NCBI GenBank assembly: GCA_026025795.1
Contig: JAPEUG010000003.1
Location: forward strand, 1 to 64,000
DNA: 64,000 bases
Source: Thelocarpon superellum
Lineage: Eukaryota
Reading direction: 5' to 3'
Shown here: positions 59,501-64,000 of the stretch, in pieces
How the letters are laid out: each line of letters opens with the position of its first letter
Numbering within the stretch: the first letter of the stretch is position 1
The notes under the pieces: generated by a model
What the model was told of the DNA's origin: nothing
Database searches by the model: none
What the model saw: only the letters and a program-made list of their open reading frames with translations
Made by a program: the position numbers and the translations under genes

Positions 59501-62493
59501 GCCCGATTTCGACCGAAGAGCCGGCTTGGCTCGTTCTCCACGAGCAAAGTCTGGCCAGTAGCATCCAAGAATTGCATGCGATGGACGTGCGCACTACCCT
59601 GGAGCATGCGCTGCATCAGTCATCACGGCTCGACCTTGCTGATCATGGCACGGCCAAGGCAGTGAGTGCGTTGTCGGCCATGACTGCTCCCATCATCCAA
59701 CAATACTGCATAATCTACCGACAACGGGTAGAAGCGTATGCGACCGTGGTTCAATCTTCATGCCGCATGACCCACGTCCTGGCCAAGTCTTTTACCCACC
59801 TCGCTACCCATGGATTCTGCACCCCGGCCGAGACGTCAAAGACGGACGAGCAGAAGGGCAAGGTGGAGGAGGGGACAGGCTTGGGGGAAGGAGACGGTGC
59901 CCAGGATATCAGCAAAGACGTGCAAGACGATGAAGATCTGTCGGAACTGGCGCAAGAGCCGCAGCGCGACGATCAGGGCGAGGTAGAGGATGAACAGGAT
60001 GCGGTCGACATGCAAGATGACCTGAACGGGCAGATGGGCGATGTTTCCGATAAGGGGGACGACACGGATGGATCAGGTGATGAGGGAGATGAGATAGATG
60101 AAGAAACGGGTGTGGTGGACGATCTGGATCCATCTGCCGTGGACGAGAAGATGTGGGATGGGGCTGGCGAGGAGGCTGAAAAGAACCAAGAAACCGATCA
60201 GTCAGGTAGGAAGTCAAAAAAAGACGAGCAGACAGCGGCCAAGGAGAGTGCCGATCAAGGCGGCGACAGAAGTGAGGGAGCTGAAGTGGATGAGGTGGAT
60301 GATGGGGGCGTGGACGAAGAGGAACAAGTCGGCGCGGATGAGCCTGAGAAGGCGGACCCTCACACGACCGAGGGTGAGACGTTGGATCTGCCGGACGATA
60401 TAGAACTTGATGGAGAAAAGGGGGGGGACAAGGCCGAAGATGACATACACGACATGGACGACGTGGACGACATGGACGACATGGATGATTTGAATGAGAT
60501 GGACGGGGAGGATGAGAAGGGGAATGTACCGGACGAGATGACGGAGCTGGAAGCGGGTGAAGATGAGATCAAGGGCGAAGACGAGATGGAAGAGGGCGAG
60601 AATGATATGAGGACGAGAGAGATGGAGGAACAATCGCGAGAAGAAGAGGACGACGGGTCAAGTGAAGCGTCGCAAGATCTACAGCGAATGCAGGATGAAG
60701 CGGGAAATGGGAAGGACGAGACCGATCACGCCAACGACCAAACCACAAAGGGCGAGGACACGATGACTAGCGACGCTCAGGGCCTTGGAGCGGATCAACA
60801 GATGACGGACGAGCATGACGACCCATCCTACCAAGCGCGGCGACAAGAAGGATCCAAAGGGGCATCGGCCGAAAACGACGCTTCTACCGAGCAAGGACAA
60901 GGGACTCGACAAGATCAACGGGAGGCAGATGTCGAGCCTGGACCACAAGAAGACTCTCTTCAAGCTACGCCTCAGAGTCAAGCCTTGAAGAAGCTGGGTG
61001 ACGCACTCGAACGCTGGCACCGACAGCGGAAGGCAATCCAGCCTGCGTCTGAGGACCAGCAGCGAGATCAAGCGGCGGACGTCGAGATGCAGGATGAATT
61101 TGAGCACCTTGGGATGGACGAGGTCGGAGCCGATACGCAGGCCCTGGGCGCGACGACGGAAGATCAAGCGCATGCATTGGACGATGCCATGGCGGTGGAC
61201 CGCGAGATGAGTGGACATGATGAGGAAGGTGATGAGGAACGCGACGAGGATGAGGTGACTCGGAACCAGACAGAGAACGAGAAGGAAGTGAGGTCGGAAG
61301 AGGATCCGCAGATTGGAGAGGGAGAGACATGGACCCGAATCGGCCGGACCCAGACTACATCGGACGATGCCGTCTCGGACGCAATCCCGGCTTCGCCCTC
61401 AATCTCAGTCTCTGGAAGAGACACACCCTCTTCACCCAACCCCACCCCTCTCCCAGCCAACCCATCTGCAACGCTCGGCGCCCTTTCAGCCCGGACCCAA
61501 TGGGAACACTACGAGGGCACGACACGGCAGCTCTCACAAACGCTGACTGAGCAACTACGTCTCATCCTGCACCCATCCATCGCCAGCAAACTCCGGGGCG
61601 ACTTCCGCACAGGAAAGCGTCTGAACATGAAACGCATCATCCCGTACATTGCGTCGGGCTACAAGCGGGACAAGATCTGGCTCCGGCGTGCAGTACCACA
61701 TAAACGAGCCTACCAGATCCTCCTCGCCGTTGACGACAGCAGCAGCATGGCAGACCAAGGCGCGGGCGAACGCGCGCTCGAGACGCTGGTCATGGTTTCT
61801 CAGGCCCTCAAGCTCCTCGAAGTGGGTCAGGTCGCCGTGGTCGCATTCGGAAGTCATACCATCGTTGCTCATCCTTTCTCTCCTTCGTCGTCCGGCAACT
61901 CGACCGTCTCAGGTGAAGCAGGCGCAGCAATGTTATCACACTTCACGTTCAGCCAGCGCGGCACCGACATACGAGAGTTATTATCGACCTCTATGCGCCT
62001 CTTTCACGATGCACGTCTTCACTCGCCCTCCTCGTCCTCCTCCGCCGGGTCAGCACAAGGCGCGAGTCCTGTCTCTCTCTGGCAACTTCAATTCATCGTA
62101 AGCGACGGCCTGGTGCACTCGGATCGCCGCGACGACTTGGCACGCATGGTGCGCGCGGCGTTGGCGGAACGAATCATGGTTGTCTTTCTGATTGTTGATG
62201 CCCCGTCTTCATCCACCGTGGATGGGGAGGGGAAGAAAGGGAAAGGGAAGGGAAGTATTGTCAACCTCACGACCGCCACGTTCTCTTCCGACTTGCGTAC
62301 CGATGAGGATGGAGCTGATGGAGATGGAGAAAGCGGAGGAAAGGGAAGTGGAGCAGGAAAAGTCACGATGACCAAATACCTCGACGCCTTCCCTTTTCCC
62401 TACTACATCATCGTCCGCGACGTGCGCGATTTGCCTTCTGTCCTTGCTGAGGCATTACGAGGGTGGTTTGCCCAGGTTGTGGATGCTACGTAG
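47524..62493 (+). CDS. MDN1: Midasin (Rea1/Mdn1) AAA+ ATPase for 60S ribosome maturation
   Basis: 4989-aa ORF with six Walker A motifs (GAPGCGKT, GETGVGKT, GPTSSGKT, GDTGCGKT, GSPGVGKT, GAAGSGKT), long linker, D/E-rich region and MIDAS domain (DDSSSM...SDG). Confidence 0.97.
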   Translation: MDRVLQGLPDQLRDLVHATSDPAGGGSRQALAAIALDPAWTQIIFLSDPNLFVDYCGHWLSAVRSHELPSLPVLSAIARVLPVAPHLAGYLDAIIHDPSVDSPTDPSNDAWVFLSPRVELDPNTLPDEQLLDLLLTAVRLLTFDNAAYARAISPVKLPWLLSHPSRSVRYLAVRLLRLYLHAADFFMEAMLQKHLGVGAVEGPWDGKTVDYAFLTLWEEKRLAELGEAMRSPKGQASIWSSTSPWTADIAGQFMPRLHGPPAQPSQLLHTPTTHANLRRLAEAVRSPDPVLVSGAPGCGKTTLVAEVARELGADQTSLTLHLNEQTDAKLLIGMYTTAATPGSFVWHPGVLTTAVREGRWVLIEDLDRAPTDVVSVLLPLLERRELMIPNRGEVIRAARSFKLIATIRTTRNARGGDSMPASHMLGGRFWRQVPLRMPELPEFYDIVSHRYSVDSYLSTITQVYQRLDGLMRDAAFLRQTNTSLRRPISPRDLLKWCRRVETIVSAAPAGSSAETVSEHTIDCIYLDAADCFAAAITTVDARAVLLTAVAQELNMPPQRVEYYRSSYAPEINLRTSPPGLAIGRATLVIPRPTGRERSRRSAGSGRPFARTKHSLRLLEQVAVAVQMAEPVLLVGETGVGKTAVVQQLADHAGHELCVVNLSQQSESADLLGGFKPVTARSLAVPMKDEFDDLFDRTFDVRKNPRYVEMLGKCVAKGQWTRVLLLWKEALSMLEGIDVVPPTPAGTETDPPKKKRRVTAARDPTHHARWQKFAGDVATFEQQLARGSHGFAFQYLEGNVVRAVRRGAWVLLDEINLAAADTLESIADLLHAGAHGRPSLLLSEKGDIERVSAHPDFRIFAAMNPATDVGKKDLPPGLRARFTEIFVDSPDRDVPDLMRIVAAYLSEAARHDRLAAHDVAHLYVAVRQLAEEDRLVDGAGQRPHFSLRTLTRTLTYVADIAATYGLRRSLYEGFSMTFLTLLDPTSERVVSPLIYRHLLGAHRNAAALLRQPPRVPDDGHDYVPFEHYWLRQGELPLETQPHYIITPSVRRNLLNLIRATSSRRFPVLIQGPTSSGKTSMIEYLAKTTGSRFVRINNHEHTDLQEYLGSYVSADDGRLYFREGLLVDALRHGHWIVLDELNLAPTDVLEALNRLLDDNRELWIPETQTVVRPHSNFMLFATQNPAGLYGGRKVLSRAFRNRFLELHFDDIPEEELETILRERTQIAPSFCTRIVAVYKDLALLRQSGRVFEQRHSFATLRDLFRWAWRPADNREQLAANGYMLLAERVRKPEEKEAVQQVIEKVMKVSIDPVALYAGPVTTAATGTEIVWTKAMRRLRVLVARALERHEPVLLVGDTGCGKTTICQALATEWGKTLSTVNAHQNLETGDLIGAQRPVRRRGAIESQLRQDLAHVLSSERGPGADGDESLEALLDAFAQLRPEDASRVPDEVRVRIGSNQRTRRTLFAWYDGALVQAMRAGHFFLLDEISLADDSVLERLNSVLESDRSLLLAEKGADGLDDARVQAQPGFQFLATMNPGGDYGKRELSPALRNRFTEIWVPPSAELEDLVQIAEARLPLSLTPFAPAMVRFAEWFSTTFTLSTAAAISIRDVLAWVDFVRHCTMPDPFLALLHGAAMVFIDALGANPAAMLAIAPDRVTTERQRCLTRLGELLHEDLHGRYMAPIQISRSASALTVGPFSVAAVGPAQADPSITLQAPTTRQNAMRVVRGLQVRKPILLEGSPGVGKTTLVTALARALGRPLTRINLSEQTDLMDLFGSDVPVEGAAAGHFTWRDAPFLRAMQQGEWVLLDEMNLASQSVLEGLNACLDHRAEVYVAELDQTFTAHPNFVLFAAQNPHHQGGGRRGLPSSFVNRFTVVYADVFTLDDLTLISAQSFPSYPPADLEALVRFVARLEAAVNQHRHAGMQGGPWEFNLRDVLRWLQLLTAQEQLLPAGTVADYLDLICTQRFRTAGDQATVQTLYAEIMGEACPPRSLYHHLGPSCVQVGRAVLDRDRWFQSVPFPVGGHLTAHLPILESLMICVQQRWPSILVGAAGSGKTTILRRLAAIVGAELVEFALDANMDTMDLIGGYEQVDRHRQANLVRLELERMLRHQIMLASETGAPPTAWLALLGDLQLRTTDAGSIRDRLRALFPPLPHHGEDEARVLAHVDVLPGPSNDATERASFQWVDGILVRALEAGHWLVLDHANLCSASVLDRLNALLEPDGVLSINEQRTADGEARVVRPHPSFRLFLTVDPRYGELSRAMRNRAIEIFVAAPGGRLAHPEAETCVALGGCESRVARYRTFMQMALHRPADLLSPWFVSAGLDHLSLGDASMLQQWRTQIHTGLIEELTPRVRLGLDAAIDRTAKLIEDVGFTKSSVITYYAHATKTTSLRVPDQPLHPLGNELLLAMFPRERPAPQPSAIALAYELIQEALKMAHRLDEVRTQARAFQPSQMSRLVRSCAAPRMQHQPRDGSAPLYPFLDDLHQRLLVWARMLLTADSSAEYDERMPISLQDLTLLWWMTVELADDRTSDDVTFRAYLSLWDRLPARFTERHARHLGLSTSLERSVARLTPAWQLSSGLSMDRLWMAYRPALPSHERSLQSLLHLQQLAARFDAVVWSGPAALCAIVELRGSMQAAAIAITRHDADMRGHLQVAEEAIAALEASAAGGPPTRPYFQEVFEGLCQHRDLLRWQPRDMLKMPLSLDPLLPLFAARASTWAPSSKNVGSVSASIFHDLSSYRAGGQNAVQQRMALTGRLPTVILDKLHGLSNATLGQLALVREEVTILGQHLAEETTILYVDQLRLLSACLARLLYEVLQAHRDVVDEDERQEEVQILLAICHLQDDGKGSMPLGPPSAISDSTSSDGSVLQIWNGLIRPSILALQSAQAPGVSFSLELSKAWILFALGVLQLFVPDRTYDPAVKDTVARQVHDRCRASLTDQCRALEQFQVIFTGKANSRRAERLKEQLGLLADVPPTSTVARPAVSEMERLQADFTNLLTTVVKPLRPSIGKPFFPEGDSWSRDTIMVQSSLAQLVERLTSAYPYYRDLTQPAVGLLHALDLGLSMASWSHAGEGAGSSLTEMISHETPFLGGHPSVLFGAFLGDASSTVPGPAEARTHYLEWMTAVARVECLDRLPLVAHEKLMATFDAFYREWKERLVADQEKASAQSGLYRYRGGEEETEALDNEAFHELFPAYEEESAPVNERQKATAPRERTLMHAQLHHDLFAGATTSSAPSGILLQLLKNSGVRLARATVATSTSGRRQTSTKDLLAAVLYTLHLEREHLVAATPTSTSRTYNFYTDANLAEAAQLVRLIHRVQQRFLQLQMAWPEHATLQDVRTTCDEVLAFRHVEPVAKFLTKVEKLHGYMHQWQTVASTSFSAQGLYEEVTKLLVDWRRLELVTWTRLFDLEQDKCAQDAQLWWNVAYEVIVAVPLSLLETDAAGLARYGIELLSSLETFFATTTLGQFSRRLQLLERFRSHVLLIAQRTVPMTTIAAALTNFIDYYARFEPEVNRALDEGRRRLEKDVTEVVRLASWKDTNINALRESAKRSHHQLFKLVRKYRAVLATSVGPLIARGLPGKPITGVAPGPQNVDKSHSTLVDPRALSICQESIPEWSLRPPRFVNVHTTVEVMQRVAQIPETAEDIPQALEQFSMHLVSSMESLQKQTPTLLTDANKDQLKHLKTRKRLLFADTLKALRLMGVRHNLGANSLAQQADLATVLASLDPVPRETDVPGLGDMTVAFHHVIDLMPRVRQSQNSHADDLSSAEIVRSVGYLEGLLLVLCTQHATLTTALQRLVELQGAVKKLDSLWGSEDRLLLPNPRDRMNLTTAWSRVTNWLPSILETAQRLVQAHGELGRLDHSTILHRLHYWRDRFAAVVAEWKRLPLMPTGITTTEHHRWQTGSTSLVQELRQDLDKWTREQPLLECIICQIIPWTELYQTSHGTAATTNGHHSITVHDFDQSLLHVCDSILVALQRMQQATKTGPISTEEPAWLVLHEQSLASSIQELHAMDVRTTLEHALHQSSRLDLADHGTAKAVSALSAMTAPIIQQYCIIYRQRVEAYATVVQSSCRMTHVLAKSFTHLATHGFCTPAETSKTDEQKGKVEEGTGLGEGDGAQDISKDVQDDEDLSELAQEPQRDDQGEVEDEQDAVDMQDDLNGQMGDVSDKGDDTDGSGDEGDEIDEETGVVDDLDPSAVDEKMWDGAGEEAEKNQETDQSGRKSKKDEQTAAKESADQGGDRSEGAEVDEVDDGGVDEEEQVGADEPEKADPHTTEGETLDLPDDIELDGEKGGDKAEDDIHDMDDVDDMDDMDDLNEMDGEDEKGNVPDEMTELEAGEDEIKGEDEMEEGENDMRTREMEEQSREEEDDGSSEASQDLQRMQDEAGNGKDETDHANDQTTKGEDTMTSDAQGLGADQQMTDEHDDPSYQARRQEGSKGASAENDASTEQGQGTRQDQREADVEPGPQEDSLQATPQSQALKKLGDALERWHRQRKAIQPASEDQQRDQAADVEMQDEFEHLGMDEVGADTQALGATTEDQAHALDDAMAVDREMSGHDEEGDEERDEDEVTRNQTENEKEVRSEEDPQIGEGETWTRIGRTQTTSDDAVSDAIPASPSISVSGRDTPSSPNPTPLPANPSATLGALSARTQWEHYEGTTRQLSQTLTEQLRLILHPSIASKLRGDFRTGKRLNMKRIIPYIASGYKRDKIWLRRAVPHKRAYQILLAVDDSSSMADQGAGERALETLVMVSQALKLLEVGQVAVVAFGSHTIVAHPFSPSSSGNSTVSGEAGAAMLSHFTFSQRGTDIRELLSTSMRLFHDARLHSPSSSSSAGSAQGASPVSLWQLQFIVSDGLVHSDRRDDLARMVRAALAERIMVVFLIVDAPSSSTVDGEGKKGKGKGSIVNLTTATFSSDLRTDEDGADGDGESGGKGSGAGKVTMTKYLDAFPFPYYIIVRDVRDLPSVLAEALRGWFAQVVDAT

Positions 62494-62640
62494 CCCCCCT
62501 CCTCTGGCCCTATTCTCTCCTCTCCTTTCGGCGTCTCTTTTGCCCTTTCTCTCCTGTACCATGCATTGTCCTCAAATTCAATCTCAATTTTGGACTTCAT
62601 ATATGCTACGCTCATGCTGTAAGTCGCTACCTTCAGAGTA

Positions 62641-62646
<6 letters not shown>

Positions 62647-62670
<24 letters not shown>
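62647..62670. repeat. (GA)n microsatellite
   Basis: Read directly between the midasin stop and the ZIP gene stop. Confidence 0.9.
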
Positions 62671-62671
<1 letters not shown>

Positions 62672-62675
62672 ATCT

Positions 62676-64000
62676 TCATTCCTCCGTCAGAGCAAAACTG
62701 CCCCCCAACAACGCCATGCCGAGAAAGGCAAAAGTAAAGCACAAATGGCGATGATGATCCAGGCTCAAGCTCTCCGAGAACAACTGCAGCGCTACGGCCG
62801 TCATAACGCCCGCTGTCACCGCGAACATGGCGCCGTACACGCCCTCGCTTGGTTCCATCCCGCCGTCCGCGCCGCCCGCTGGGTTCAGCCACAGCGCGGC
62901 CACGCCCGCGCCCAGCGGCTGGCTGATCCCGCCCAGTAGACTGCTCCAGAACATGGCCTTCCATCGGCTATTCAGCGCCAGGAAGAGCGGGAGCGCCATG
63001 GAAAAGCCTTCGACGACGTTGTGCACCACCAGCGCCATGAAGACCGCGAAGCCTAGTTTCGGGTTCGCGTGGTTCGTGGCGAACGTGATGAACCCTTCCG
63101 GTAGCTTGTGCAGGGCGATGGCAATGGACGTTTGGAGTCCGATGGAGAGGAAGGCGTTGGTGGGCACGTGGTGATGGTGCGGCGAGTGCGAGGTCGTGGA
63201 TGAGGTGGACGGGTCGTACGTCTTGGTGTGGGCTTCGATGTCGTCGAGGTGGTGGTGGTGGTGGTGGTGGTTTGTTCGTGATGAGCTGGGTCGCGAGGAA
63301 CGGTGAGAGGGCCGCCGAGAGGTCGATGCCTCTTCGGAGGAACAGGCGTCGACCGTGGATGGGTGCGGGTCAAAGACCGGCCCGTGCAGGTGTCGTCGAC
63401 CTCCCTGCCGTGGCTCCGCCGTGTTGGACTCCGCCTTGACCAGCTTGTATTTGAGGCAGTCCGTGCCGCACTTGTCTCCGTATCCGTGACAGGGTCCCCG
63501 TTCATCACACGCCGGCTTCGTCCCGTACACTATCGTCGAGACCCCGCTCGAGAGCTGTGACTTGAGCGCCGTGGGGATCCCGAGGGTAAAGGAGCTGGAC
63601 TTTCGTGACAGCCGTGGTCGTTCCATCATGGCCTGCCCGTTGACCGAAAGCAGCGGCGACGTTTCTGATGCCCCACTCCCGCTCGACAAGACCCCGTCCC
63701 TCCATACGCGACCGTTGAGCCGCGCGTCTTCATCGACCAATGAGACCTCCTCGTCCTGGTCGTCGTCTGCATCGCCATCACCGTCACCGAGACCGTCATG
63801 CCCATCCCCATCGTGGCTGTGATCGCAATCCACCACGTGCGACGGAATGAAATGATGCATGAACCGTGACACCACTTGGATGCCAAATGCGCCCAAGAGA
63901 AAGCATCCCGTCAATGTCCACACTGCCGCTCCCGGAGAGAAGCCTCCCTTTTCGAGCGATCGTTTCGACGCTGGAAGCATGCTGTAGAGGGAGGAGAAGA
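62676..64000 (-). CDS. ZIP-family zinc transporter, Zrt3-like (5' end outside the window)
   Basis: His-rich loop (CDHSH, HHHHHHH, HHHHVP), IALHKLPEGF, HNVVEG, SQPLGA. The frame is still open at the window end. Confidence 0.85.
   Translation of the reverse strand, partial: FSSLYSMLPASKRSLEKGGFSPGAAVWTLTGCFLLGAFGIQVVSRFMHHFIPSHVVDCDHSHDGDGHDGLGDGDGDADDDQDEEVSLVDEDARLNGRVWRDGVLSSGSGASETSPLLSVNGQAMMERPRLSRKSSSFTLGIPTALKSQLSSGVSTIVYGTKPACDERGPCHGYGDKCGTDCLKYKLVKAESNTAEPRQGGRRHLHGPVFDPHPSTVDACSSEEASTSRRPSHRSSRPSSSRTNHHHHHHHLDDIEAHTKTYDPSTSSTTSHSPHHHHVPTNAFLSIGLQTSIAIALHKLPEGFITFATNHANPKLGFAVFMALVVHNVVEGFSMALPLFLALNSRWKAMFWSSLLGGISQPLGAGVAALWLNPAGGADGGMEPSEGVYGAMFAVTAGVMTAVALQLFSESLSLDHHRHLCFTFAFLGMALLGGSFALTEE

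Noticed and set aside
26062..64000. Two ZIP transporters as a metal-homeostasis cluster
   Set aside because: They are 35 kb apart, belong to different subfamilies and are separated by unrelated housekeeping genes.

Overview
GC-rich, gene-dense eukaryotic DNA with short (about 45-90 nt) GT-AG introns and CTRAY branch points, typical of a filamentous ascomycete (Pezizomycotina). I can support about 22 protein-coding loci plus one pseudogene. Most are housekeeping genes: BUD21-like, RMD1, NHP10-like, CCT8, OMA1, a RING-H2/PH/vWA Far1/Ste5-like protein, PDA1, HAT1, ATX2, an F-box/WD40 protein, a phosphate carrier, neurochondrin-like, mitochondrial bL12, CTK3, PRO3, a CLC channel, midasin and a ZRT3-like ZIP transporter. 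The elements that stand out are: (1) a CCCH-RRM-RBR putative RNA-binding E3 ligase; (2) a decayed stand-alone GARS gene whose central region appears deleted between two 'FSD' motifs; (3) a 10-exon OMA1 with a 6-nt micro-exon and one intron with no AG at its expected 3' end; (4) an orphan ORF overlapping the BUD21-like coding end in antisense; (5) a spliced secreted Ser/Thr/Pro-rich orphan that the ORF track misses; (6) a recurrent non-coding TACGAGTA motif. I recognised no tRNA, rRNA, CRISPR array or intact transposon. Gene identities come from motif recognition and recall, not database searches, and exon boundaries were read by eye.
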